The notes beneath the pieces were generated by a model. It worked only from the letters and a program-made list of their open reading frames with translations, was not told where the DNA came from and ran no database searches. A program made the position numbers and the translations under genes. This document shows positions 30,859 to 39,618 of a stretch of 64,000 bases of DNA, piece by piece. This stretch comes from Gammaproteobacteria bacterium (lineage in GTDB: Bacteria > Pseudomonadota > Gammaproteobacteria > Thiohalomonadales > Thiohalomonadaceae): the NCBI GenBank assembly GCA_026196575.1, contig JAPHSX010000038.1, positions 2,860-66,859 of the forward strand, read 5' to 3'. Each line of letters starts with the position of its first letter. Position 1 is the stretch's first letter.

Positions 30859-31056
30859 TTAACTTATCAGCGGCTTGATGGCCAGCTCATAGTGTTCACG
30901 CTGCCGGGCCGAGAGGCTTGCCAGATTGCCATCGTTGGCGATCATCAGTCGCACTACGCCGTGCGCCACCACCGGGTCGAGGCCGTGTTCGGCACACAGG
31001 GCATCGATCGCCTGCGGTCGCTCCTCACGCAATAAAAACAGTTTTTGCAGATTCAT
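30859..31056 (-). CDS. Small hypothetical protein (65 aa)
   Basis: AGGAG 5 nt before the in-frame ATG at 31056. MNLQKLFLLREERPQAIDALCAEHGLDPVVAHGVVRLMIANDGNLASLSARQREHYELAIKPLIS. Starts 31 nt after the upstream methyltransferase gene. Confidence 0.5.
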   Translation of the reverse strand: MNLQKLFLLREERPQAIDALCAEHGLDPVVAHGVVRLMIANDGNLASLSARQREHYELAIKPLIS

Positions 31057-31087
31057 AAGTCTCCTTGCCTCATGCAATTGTGGCCCT

Positions 31088-32641
31088 TCAGGATAACAGC
31101 CCCTGACGGGCAAACACCCCGAGCAGGCGCTGGACATTGGCGTTTACGGTGGCGGCCACCCGCCTCGCGTCCTCCTTTCGCTTGCCCGTTTCCACCACCA
31201 CCGCGCCGCTCTCCAGTGCCGCCGCCATCTGTTGATTCAGCTCGTCCAGCGTGCGACTGCCATCGAGCAGAGTGGCCAGATGGGCGGCAAAGGGATCGAG
31301 CTGCACGGTGGTGTGACGCACGGTGGCCAGATGGCCAAGGTTTGCCTCGGCCTGGGCGCACGCCAGGGCGTGCAGCGCGGGACGCTCGCCGGGCGTTTTG
31401 TCAAAATGCTGCGCGCGCGGGGTGATGCGGATGCCCTGATGGGCGTAGAGGCTGAACAGCTCGCCAAACAGGTGATCGACCTGCTCGACAAACTGGCGCC
31501 CGCCGTGGGCGGCGGCGATCTGCTGCGCCGTGGCCACCAGCTCGGGGAACGGCACGGCATCGGGGTAGCTCTCGCCCAGATGCAGCAGGCTCGCCTTGGT
31601 GAGCGGATGCGACACCGCATAATCAAGATTATCGACCGAAACAAATTTCTGCTCGCGCGGCCGGTTCAGATCCACCTTTTTCGGCGGTGCAAGCTGGGCG
31701 CTGAAGGCGAACTGTTCGAACTGCTCCAGCTCCAGCTCGCGGTTTACCAGACATTCGTCGCGGCACAGCAGTGAGCGGCGAAAGTTGCGGTTGCGCACAA
31801 AGTCCATGTACTGCTCCAGCTGGTACATGTCGGGCACCGCCTCCAGTGCCTGCTCGGCGACGGTGCCAAGGGTGGAGGGAAAGGAGGTACCCAGTTCCAC
31901 GTCACACAGATATTGCAGGCCGTGGCGTTCGGCATCGGCGGTGAACTGACTAAAGAGAAAGGGCTGGTTAATCTCCTCCATATACTCGTGATAGAGGTAG
32001 CTGGGATGCGCCTTGCGCAGGCTGGCGATCTCGGTGCGCAGATATTTGGCGCTAAGGGCGTCCAGTCCCTGGGTGGCGCTATCCATCATCTCGAACAGCT
32101 CATAGGCCTTGGCCAGCCGCGCGCGCGGCGTGGTGGCCTCGCGTGCATGATAGAGCAGCATATCGCGCAGCATGCCACGCATGCGCCAACCGGGCAGGGT
32201 GTTGTAGCTGATGTAGGCGATCCCCTGCGCGCTCAACCGCTCACGGCAGAGCGCCAGCATCTTCTCGCGTACCGCCTCTGGCACCCAGGAGTAGACGCCG
32301 TGGGCGATGATGTAGTCGAACTCCCCCAGTTCCGGCCCCAACTCCATGATGTCACCCTGGCGCACCTCGATGTTGCCAAGCCCCAGCCGGTCGATGAGCC
32401 CCTGCGCCACCGCCACCTGTCCGGCGGAGAGCTCGATGCCGAGGATCTGCGCCTGCGGCAGGTAGAAGGCGAGCGGGATGATGTTGCCGCCGCTGGCACA
32501 GCCCAGTTCCAGGATGCGCGCCGTCTGCGGCGCCGGCGTGGCCAGACCAAAGAGGCGGCCCAGCACGCACAGGTGATCCGGATGGGTCTCGGCAAACGGC
32601 GTGCTGTCGTAGGGGATCTCGTCGTAGCTCTCGGCGGTCAT
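31088..32641 (-). CDS. SAM-dependent methyltransferase with C-terminal 'methyltransferase regulatory' type domain
   Basis: In-frame ATG at 32641 (MTAESYDEIPYDSTPFAETHPDHL...). ILELGCASGGNIIPLA motif I. Long C-terminal extension as in the MethyTransf_Reg family (recollection). Confidence 0.8.
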   Translation of the reverse strand: MTAESYDEIPYDSTPFAETHPDHLCVLGRLFGLATPAPQTARILELGCASGGNIIPLAFYLPQAQILGIELSAGQVAVAQGLIDRLGLGNIEVRQGDIMELGPELGEFDYIIAHGVYSWVPEAVREKMLALCRERLSAQGIAYISYNTLPGWRMRGMLRDMLLYHAREATTPRARLAKAYELFEMMDSATQGLDALSAKYLRTEIASLRKAHPSYLYHEYMEEINQPFLFSQFTADAERHGLQYLCDVELGTSFPSTLGTVAEQALEAVPDMYQLEQYMDFVRNRNFRRSLLCRDECLVNRELELEQFEQFAFSAQLAPPKKVDLNRPREQKFVSVDNLDYAVSHPLTKASLLHLGESYPDAVPFPELVATAQQIAAAHGGRQFVEQVDHLFGELFSLYAHQGIRITPRAQHFDKTPGERPALHALACAQAEANLGHLATVRHTTVQLDPFAAHLATLLDGSRTLDELNQQMAAALESGAVVVETGKRKEDARRVAATVNANVQRLLGVFARQGLLS

Positions 32642-32787
32642 CTGGGTATCCTGAAGAGGGTTAAGTTGAATTGAACTTTGTCGCGAGGGGGGTGGTCTCA
32701 GTTGGTGCAGCGTTGGCATGCTGCCCCGTTTGACTCCTTAACGGGTAAACAGGCCTCCGGTTCTCTCCCAAATACCGGAATGTGGTT

Positions 32788-32823
32788 GGCCCCGGTGAGC
32801 GCTCTTACCGGGGCCATTTTTTT
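32788..32823 (+). terminator. Strong plus-strand-oriented intrinsic terminator with no annotated plus-strand gene upstream
   Basis: GGCCCCGGT-GAGCGCTCTT-ACCGGGGCC (9-bp GC stem, 32788-32815), then A and TTTTTTT (32817-32823). On the minus strand, downstream of engB, the U-tract is missing. Confidence 0.55.
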
Positions 32824-32832
32824 GTCCCCGCT

Positions 32833-33453
32833 TTAATGCGTATCTAGCCCCAGCCAGTCGGTCAACAGCTGTAGCGCCTCCTCCAGCCCCTGGCGATCCA
32901 CCGCCGAGAAGAGTTGCACCGTGGCCTGCGGGTAGTCGCGTTTCAGCTCGTTGCGCACCTGCAGCAGTGTGCTGCTGGCGGCGCTGCGCTTGAGTTTGTC
33001 GGCCTTGGTGAGCAGGATATGGACTGGCATTGGTTTGTGCAGGCACCAGTCGAGCATCTGGCGGTCGAACTCCTTGAGCGGGTGGCGGATATCCATCAGC
33101 AGCACCAGGCCGCGCAGACTCTGGCGCTGCTGCAGGTAGGCGGAGAGCACCTGCTGCCAGTGCTGTTTTACCGAGGTCGGCACCTTGGCGTAACCGTAAC
33201 CGGGCAGGTCCACCAGGTGGCGCCCCGCAGTCAGCGCAAAAAAATTGATGAGCTGGGTACGCCCCGGGGTCTTGCTGGTCTTGGCCAGGCCCTTGTTGTC
33301 GGTGATGATGTTGAGGGCGCTTGACTTGCCCGCGTTGGAGCGCCCGGCAAAGGCAACCTCGGCCCCCTCGTCCGGCGGTAACTGGTTGATTTTATTGGCA
33401 CTGGTAAGAAATTGTGCCTGCCGAAACGGGTTGTTGCGCTGCGTGTCGCTCAT
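32833..33453 (-). CDS. engB: Ribosome-biogenesis GTPase EngB (YihA)
   Basis: In-frame ATG at 33453. G1 [13 protein letters not shown]3 DLPGYGYA, G4 TKADKL. Confidence 0.92.
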   Translation of the reverse strand: MSDTQRNNPFRQAQFLTSANKINQLPPDEGAEVAFAGRSNAGKSSALNIITDNKGLAKTSKTPGRTQLINFFALTAGRHLVDLPGYGYAKVPTSVKQHWQQVLSAYLQQRQSLRGLVLLMDIRHPLKEFDRQMLDWCLHKPMPVHILLTKADKLKRSAASSTLLQVRNELKRDYPQATVQLFSAVDRQGLEEALQLLTDWLGLDTH

Positions 33454-33677
33454 GCTGTTCGATTCCAGGGGAGAGGCCCCGTTGTTGACCCGAAGGGGAT
33501 AAGTTGCTAAATAAAGCCCCCTTTTCAGTTTTCTCCGGGGCGCGGTCAATGGTACCATGCGTACCGTCAGGCCTGAATTGCTGTTCGGGCAACTGAAAAA
33601 TAAAATAGACACCAGCTATCTGGCGGTATCGGGTAGTGGGGGGAAACCAACACCGTTGATTGATGAGGAGACACACC

Positions 33678-33995
33678 ATGAACAAGAGCATTATCGCCGC
33701 TGCCGTTGGCACTGTAATGATGATTTCCGGTCAGGCCGCCATGGCGGATGGCAAGGGCACCTATGACGCCGCCTGTTTTGCCTGTCACGGCTTCGGCGCC
33801 GCCGGCGCTCCCAAGTTTGGGGACAAGGCCGCATGGGCACCGCGTATCGCCAAGGGCATGGATCTGCTGAAGAAACACGCGATGGAGGGTTTCAAGGGTG
33901 AGGCTGGCTTCATGCCCGCCAAGGGTGGCCGTACCGATTTGGCGGATGCCGATGTCCAGGCCGCTGTCGAGTATATGGTTTCCAACGCCCAGTAA
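33678..33995 (+). CDS. Cytochrome c5-type monohaem cytochrome (periplasmic)
   Basis: In-frame ATG at 33678 (MNKSIIAAAVG... signal). CFACHG haem site. AWAPRIAKGMDLL and AVEYMV blocks are shared with the 21188 paralogue. Confidence 0.85.
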   Translation: MNKSIIAAAVGTVMMISGQAAMADGKGTYDAACFACHGFGAAGAPKFGDKAAWAPRIAKGMDLLKKHAMEGFKGEAGFMPAKGGRTDLADADVQAAVEYMVSNAQ

Positions 33996-34034
33996 GGTGC
34001 CCAGAGACCCAACAACCAAACAAACGGGGAACCA

Positions 34035-34640
34035 ATGAAAAGACTAGCTTTTGCCGCTTTGGTCATGTTCGGTGCCGTTGGCACCGCCCACTCTGCGGGT
34101 GACGTCAGCGCCGGTCAGGCGAAGGCCGCGGCCTGTATCGCCTGCCACGGTGCCGATGGGAATACGACGCTGATGGCGCTCTATCCGAAACTGGGTGGTC
34201 AGCACGCCTCGTATCTTGCCAAGCAGTTGAGGGAGTTCAAGTCGGGTGCACGTCAGGACCCGACGATGAATGGCATGGCCGCGGGCCTGAGTGAGGAGGA
34301 TATGGCGGATATCGCCGCCTTCTTCTCCGGACTGGCGGCAGCGGTTGGTTCCGCGGATGCGCAAAAGGCCGCCGCCGGCAAGAAGATCTATGAAGGTGGT
34401 GACAAGGCCAGGGGGATCTCGGCCTGCATGGCCTGTCATGGTCCCTCCGGCGCGGGCAATCCCGGCGCGGCGTTCCCCACCCTGGGCGGCCAGAATGGCG
34501 ACTATGTGGTGAAGGCGCTGAATGATTTTCGTTCGGGGGCGCGTGCCAATGACCTTAATGGCATGATGCGCGACGTTGCGGCCAAGATGAGCGATAGCGA
34601 CATCGCGGCGGTGGCGGCGTACATCGGCGGTCTGCACTGA
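34035..34640 (+). CDS. Dihaem cytochrome c4
   Basis: Signal peptide plus two haem sites (CIACHGADG, CMACHGPSG), each followed by the LGGQ...Y...L..FR/FK SG.R motif typical of c4. Confidence 0.9.
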   Translation: MKRLAFAALVMFGAVGTAHSAGDVSAGQAKAAACIACHGADGNTTLMALYPKLGGQHASYLAKQLREFKSGARQDPTMNGMAAGLSEEDMADIAAFFSGLAAAVGSADAQKAAAGKKIYEGGDKARGISACMACHGPSGAGNPGAAFPTLGGQNGDYVVKALNDFRSGARANDLNGMMRDVAAKMSDSDIAAVAAYIGGLH

Positions 34641-34668
34641 TACCCCGTTTAGCTTGTTGGTTGTGACT

Positions 34669-34698
34669 AAAGGGTGGTCCTGGACCACCCTTTATTTT
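34669..34698 (+). terminator. Intrinsic terminator after cytochrome c4
   Basis: AAAGGGTGGTCC-T-GGACCACCCTTT palindrome followed by ATTTTCT. Confidence 0.75.
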
Positions 34699-34791
34699 CT
34701 CTGCAGGAAAATATTTATTGGATGCAACTTTCACCAATAGAGTGGCGTCCAATGAACTTCTCCCATCTTGTGATTACCCGGTGGTAACGCC

Positions 34792-36801
34792 TTGAGTCAG
34801 ACAGAAAAAACCGGCCGCCGCCAACGCCGTTCGGGGGCCGTGCTGCTGGAGTTTCTTGGTTCGATGAACCTCGCCATCACCCTGCTGGTGGCGATTGCCA
34901 TCGCCTCGGTGGTCGGCACCGTGCTGCAGCAGAACGAGCCCTACAACAACTACATCATGAAGTTCGGTCCCTTCTGGTTTGAGGTATTCAAATCGCTGGG
35001 GCTGTTTGATATCTACGCCGCGCCGTGGTTTCTGCTGTTGCTGGGGTTCTTGCTGATCTCCACCTCGGTCTGTGTCTATCGCAATACCCCGGCGATCATC
35101 AGGGATATGCGCCACTTTCGCCTCGGGGTGCAGGAGAAGTCACTGCGTGCCTTTCACCACAGGGATGAGTGGCGCAGCCCCGACCCTGCCGCGCCACTGG
35201 CCGACACCCTGGCCAAACGGCTGCGGCGGCATGGTTACCGGGTGCGCCATCGCCAGTTTGAGGGGTACCAGATGGTGGCGGCGATGCGCGGCGGCACCAG
35301 CCGTCTCGGTTACATTCTCTCCCATCTCTCGATCGTGGTGATCTGCATCGGCGGCCTGCTCGATGGTAACCTGCCGCTGAGGCTGGCAGAGTGGCGGGGT
35401 GAGCTGAAGGTCGAGACGCGTGACCTGGCGGTGAGCCAGATCCCGCCCGAGAGCACCCTGGGCACCGATAACAGCTCGTTTCGCGGTAGCGTCACCATCC
35501 CCGAGGGGAGCCGTGCCGATTTCGTCTTTCTCGGCATGCGTGACGGCTATCTGCTGCAGAAGCTCCCCTTTACCGTGGCGCTGGAGGCGTTTCGTATCGA
35601 ACACTACCCCTCGGGGATGCCCAAGTCGTTTGAGAGTGATTTGGTGATTATCGACGAGGCGCGGGGCGAGCCGCTGCGCAAGACCATCGCGGTCAACCAC
35701 CCCTGGGTCTACAAGGGCTACGCCATCTATCAGTCGAGCTTCTCCGATGGCGGCTCCCGGTTGCAGTTGCAGGCGTGGCCGCTCGACCGGCCGGCGACCG
35801 AGCCGCTACGCATCGACGCGGTGGTCAATGAGTCCAGTCGCCTCAGCACGCCGCGCGGTGAGTATGGTCTGGAGATCATTGACTTCAAGCCCTTTAATGT
35901 CTTTCCGGTCGAGGAGGCGGGCAGCAAGAAGTTCAATAATTACGGCCCCAGCGTGGTGTTCAAACTGCGTGCCGCCAACGGCGAGGCGCGCGAGTACGTC
36001 AACTACCAGATGCCATTGATGGTGGAGGGGCGCCCCTTTCTGCTGAGTGGTATGCGCGCCACCCCCGCCGAGGAGTACCGCTACCTCCATATCCCGCTGG
36101 ATAGCGACGGCGGCATCAAGCGCTTTTTGCGTTTTCTGGCGCTGGCCCAGGAGAAGGGGCGCATCAGCCAGGTGGCGCACCAGCAGGCGCTCAATGAGCT
36201 GGGGCTGACCGAGGCGGATCCGCTGTACCGTGACTTCACCAGCTCGATGAGCAGCCTGGTTGGCCTGTTTGTGGAGCACGGCATCGATGCCCTGGTCGAA
36301 CTGGCCGAGAAGAACGTGCCGGAGGAGAAGCGCAACGAGGCGCTCTCCTCCTACATCAAGGTGGTGCAGGGGGTGCTCGGCACCCTCTATGTGGAGCTGC
36401 TGCGCGAGGAGGGGGTTGATGTCGCGGCGGGCATAGATGAGCAGCAGGCGCTCTATTTCGATGAGGTGCTTAACGCCTTTTCACTGCTCGGCCCCTACGG
36501 CTCGCCGCTGCTGCTGCGTCTGCAGCAGTACGAGCATGTCGAGGCGAGCGGCCTGCAGATCACCCGTGCCCCAGGGCAGAATATCGTCTATCTTGGCTGC
36601 GTGATGCTGATGGCCGGGGTCTTCTTCATGTTCTATCTGCACCACCGCCGTCTCTGGCTGCGCATTGAAGAGCGCGAGGGGCAGACCCATATCCTGTTTG
36701 CCGCCGCTGCGCACCGCGAGCGTGGCGATTTTGATAGCGAGTTTGCCCGGCTGCGCGGTGACCTGCGCCACAGCAGCAGCGCCGTGCTGAGCCGTATCTG
36801 A
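34792..36801 (+). CDS. ccsB: System II cytochrome c biogenesis protein ResB/CcsB
   Basis: TTG start per ORF track. LLEFLGSMNLAITLLVAIAIASVVGTVLQQ N-terminal TM block, a large periplasmic domain and C-terminal TM, immediately upstream of ccsA. Confidence 0.88.
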   Translation: MSQTEKTGRRQRRSGAVLLEFLGSMNLAITLLVAIAIASVVGTVLQQNEPYNNYIMKFGPFWFEVFKSLGLFDIYAAPWFLLLLGFLLISTSVCVYRNTPAIIRDMRHFRLGVQEKSLRAFHHRDEWRSPDPAAPLADTLAKRLRRHGYRVRHRQFEGYQMVAAMRGGTSRLGYILSHLSIVVICIGGLLDGNLPLRLAEWRGELKVETRDLAVSQIPPESTLGTDNSSFRGSVTIPEGSRADFVFLGMRDGYLLQKLPFTVALEAFRIEHYPSGMPKSFESDLVIIDEARGEPLRKTIAVNHPWVYKGYAIYQSSFSDGGSRLQLQAWPLDRPATEPLRIDAVVNESSRLSTPRGEYGLEIIDFKPFNVFPVEEAGSKKFNNYGPSVVFKLRAANGEAREYVNYQMPLMVEGRPFLLSGMRATPAEEYRYLHIPLDSDGGIKRFLRFLALAQEKGRISQVAHQQALNELGLTEADPLYRDFTSSMSSLVGLFVEHGIDALVELAEKNVPEEKRNEALSSYIKVVQGVLGTLYVELLREEGVDVAAGIDEQQALYFDEVLNAFSLLGPYGSPLLLRLQQYEHVEASGLQITRAPGQNIVYLGCVMLMAGVFFMFYLHHRRLWLRIEEREGQTHILFAAAAHRERGDFDSEFARLRGDLRHSSSAVLSRI

Positions 36802-36842
36802 CCCGAATTGTGAACTTGTAGTGCCTGAAAGAGGTTCCCCCC

Positions 36843-38009
36843 ATGTCCGTTACCACCGAAACCCTGTCACACGAGTTTGATACCACTCCCTTCCTCCGGC
36901 GCCTCAGCGTCCTTGACTGGCTCTGGGCGCTGCTGGTGGTGGCCGGCACCGTGGCGGCGCACCGTCTCTACAGTGAGTGGATGGATGGCTATGAGGTGGG
37001 GATCCTCTACGGCAGTGCCGCCGCGCTGGTCTGGCTCGGCTGGGGCTGGAAGCCGATGCGCGGCTTCAGTGTCGCCGTCGCCCTGCTCAGTCTGGCCGCC
37101 ATCGGACTGTACGGTGGGGAGCTGGCACGCGGCGAGAGTAACTTCTTTCTCAAGTTCCTGATCTCCAGCCAGTCGGCGATTATGTGGATGAGCGCCCTCT
37201 ATGTGATGGCCACTGTCACCTATATCTTCGCCCTGATCGCCGGCTCCGGTTTTAGTGGCAAGGTTGCCAGTGCCATGACCTGGTCGGCCAGCGTGATGGG
37301 CAGCGTTGGCCTGATGGTGCGCTGGCGCGAATCCTACCTGATGGGGGCCGACATCGGCCACATCCCGGTGAGCAATCTCTACGAGGTCTTCATCCTCTTT
37401 GCGGTGATGACCGCGCTGCTCTACCTCACCTACGAGCGGCGCTACAACAACCGCGCCATCGGCGCCTTTGTCCTCACCGTGATCAGCGCCGCCGTCGGTT
37501 TTATCCTCTGGTACGCCTTCGAGCGCGAGGCGCACCACATCCAGCCGCTGGTGCCGGCGCTGCAGAGTTACTGGATGAAGATCCACGTCCCCGCCAACTT
37601 CGTCGGCTACGGCGCCTTTGCCCTTGCCGCCATGCTGGGCGTCGCCTACCTGCTGATGGAACGCCGCCCCGATGGCCTGCTCGCCCGGCGCCTGCCGACT
37701 CTGGAGGTGCTGGACGACATTATGTACAAGGCGATCGCGCTCGGCTTTGCCTTCTTCACTGTCGCTACGGTGCTGGGGGCGATGTGGGCCGCCGAGGCGT
37801 GGGGCGGCTACTGGAGTTGGGACCCGAAGGAGACCTGGGCCCTCATTGTCTGGCTCAACTACGCCGCCTGGCTGCACCTGCGCCTTACCAAGGGGTGGCG
37901 CGGCAAACCGCTCGCCTGGTGGGCGATCGTCGGGCTGTTTGTCACCCTCTTTGCCTTCGTCGGGGTGAATATGTTCCTCTCGGGGCTGCACTCCTACGGC
38001 TCGCTGTAG
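36843..38009 (+). CDS. ccsA: System II cytochrome c biogenesis protein CcsA/ResC (haem exporter/lyase)
   Basis: Polytopic. WWD-type tryptophan-rich motif WGGYWSWDPKETW. Confidence 0.92.
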   Translation: MSVTTETLSHEFDTTPFLRRLSVLDWLWALLVVAGTVAAHRLYSEWMDGYEVGILYGSAAALVWLGWGWKPMRGFSVAVALLSLAAIGLYGGELARGESNFFLKFLISSQSAIMWMSALYVMATVTYIFALIAGSGFSGKVASAMTWSASVMGSVGLMVRWRESYLMGADIGHIPVSNLYEVFILFAVMTALLYLTYERRYNNRAIGAFVLTVISAAVGFILWYAFEREAHHIQPLVPALQSYWMKIHVPANFVGYGAFALAAMLGVAYLLMERRPDGLLARRLPTLEVLDDIMYKAIALGFAFFTVATVLGAMWAAEAWGGYWSWDPKETWALIVWLNYAAWLHLRLTKGWRGKPLAWWAIVGLFVTLFAFVGVNMFLSGLHSYGSL

Positions 38010-38128
38010 CTTCTGCCGCTGATCCATTTTCAGGGCCACGGCAGGAGAGAGGGCGATGGGCGTACCGTGGCCCTTCGGTTATAGTAACGGCAACAAAACA
38101 CCTGTAAACAGAAAATCTGGAGGTTAAC

Positions 38129-38767
38129 GTGATCCGCAAATTGCTCGCCGTGATGCTGTGCTGTCTGCCCCTGTGGGCCGGTGCCGAGGAGGCGCCAGCC
38201 GCCGCCGATGCCTATGTCGAGGGCACCCACTTTGCGGCGGTGGTGCCGCCGCTGGCCGGTGCCACCGAGGGCAAGGTAAAGGTGGTGGAGCTGTTCTGGT
38301 ACGGCTGTCCGCACTGTTTCCAGTTTGACCCCACGCTGCAGGCCTGGCTCAAGAGCAAGCCGGCCAACGTGGAGTTTGAGCGCATTCCCGCCATCTTCAA
38401 TAATCCCACCTGGGAGCTGCATGCACGCGCCTACTATGCCGCCGATGTGATGGGGGTGCTGGAGAAGATCCACGAGCCGCTGTTCGATGCGTTGCATGTA
38501 AAAAAGCAGCGTCTCAACAGCAAGGAGGCGCTGCGTGCCTTCTTCGTCTCGCGCGGTGTTGATGGAAAAGAGTTTGACGCTACCTTCGACTCCTTCGCCG
38601 TCAGCGGCCTGGTGCGTCAGGCGGCGGTATTGACCAAACAGTACAATATTGATGGCGTACCGGCGATGGCGGTGCAGGGCAAGTATCGTATCTCCGGTCG
38701 CATGGCCGGCTCCTATGAGAACATGATGCGCATTGTCGATTTTCTGGTAGCCAGGGAGTCGCGCTGA
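38129..38767 (+). CDS. dsbA: Periplasmic thiol:disulfide oxidoreductase DsbA
   Basis: Signal peptide. ELFWYGCPHCFQF active site (CPHC). GVPAMAVQGKY C-terminal block. Confidence 0.92.
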   Translation: MIRKLLAVMLCCLPLWAGAEEAPAAADAYVEGTHFAAVVPPLAGATEGKVKVVELFWYGCPHCFQFDPTLQAWLKSKPANVEFERIPAIFNNPTWELHARAYYAADVMGVLEKIHEPLFDALHVKKQRLNSKEALRAFFVSRGVDGKEFDATFDSFAVSGLVRQAAVLTKQYNIDGVPAMAVQGKYRISGRMAGSYENMMRIVDFLVARESR

Positions 38768-38807
38768 GGCGGGATGATCTGTATGGGTTAGGTGGCGGGG
38801 TGAGTTC

Positions 38808-39593
38808 ATGATGATGGGCGCGAGTCACGCCAGCACGGGGCACCGGCTGCGACTGCTCAGTTACAACATCCAGGTGGGGATCAGCAGCACCCTGCCGAGC
38901 CACTACCTCACCAAGAGCTGGAAGCATCTGTTTCAGGCGCGCCGCCGCTTTGACAATCTGGACAAGATCGCCCACCTGTTGCGCGGCCACGACATTGTCG
39001 GCCTGCAGGAGCTGGATGCCGGTAGCTACCGTACCGGCTATGTTGATCTCACCGAATATCTGGCACAGCAGGCGGATTACCCCTTCTGGTATCATCAGCT
39101 CAATCGCAACTACGGCCCGCTGGCACAGCACGGCAATGGGCTGTTGAGCCGCCTGCGTCCGGCGGAGGTTATCGAGCACCGCCTGCCGAGCCTCATCCCC
39201 GGACGCGGTGCGATGCTGGTGCGCTACGGCCACGGCGCGCAGTCACTGGCGGTGATTATGGTGCATCTGTCGCTGAGCCGCCGCGCCCGGCGCAACCAGC
39301 TCGCCTTTGTGCGGGAGCTGGCCAACCAGCACCGCCATGTGGTGGTGATGGGGGATATGAACTGTTCACCCAGCAGCGCCGAGATGGTCGAGTTGTTCCG
39401 CACCACCGGGCTGCGCGAGCCGCTGGAGGAGCTCTCTACCTTTCCCAGCTGGCGACCGCAGCACCATATCGATCATATCCTGGTGAGTGACGGACTGCAG
39501 GTGAGTGACTGCCATGTGCTCAACCACGCCCATTCGGATCACCTGCCCATCTCGATGGAGGTGCTGTTGCCGCCGGGGCTGGTGCTGGAATAG
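38808..39593 (+). CDS. Endonuclease/exonuclease/phosphatase (EEP) family protein
   Basis: LRLLSYNIQVG, GLQELD, VMGDMNC and SDHLPISMEV motifs of the EEP fold. Confidence 0.8.
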   Translation: MMMGASHASTGHRLRLLSYNIQVGISSTLPSHYLTKSWKHLFQARRRFDNLDKIAHLLRGHDIVGLQELDAGSYRTGYVDLTEYLAQQADYPFWYHQLNRNYGPLAQHGNGLLSRLRPAEVIEHRLPSLIPGRGAMLVRYGHGAQSLAVIMVHLSLSRRARRNQLAFVRELANQHRHVVVMGDMNCSPSSAEMVELFRTTGLREPLEELSTFPSWRPQHHIDHILVSDGLQVSDCHVLNHAHSDHLPISMEVLLPPGLVLE

Positions 39594-39618
39594 CTAACGA
39601 GAAAAGAACGGATCCCCC

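Noticed and set aside
36867-38039. 390-aa minus-strand ORF covering ccsA.
   Set aside because: It is antisense to a gene with an unmistakable WWD motif and polytopic profile. Its translation is Gly/Asp/His/Pro-rich noise.
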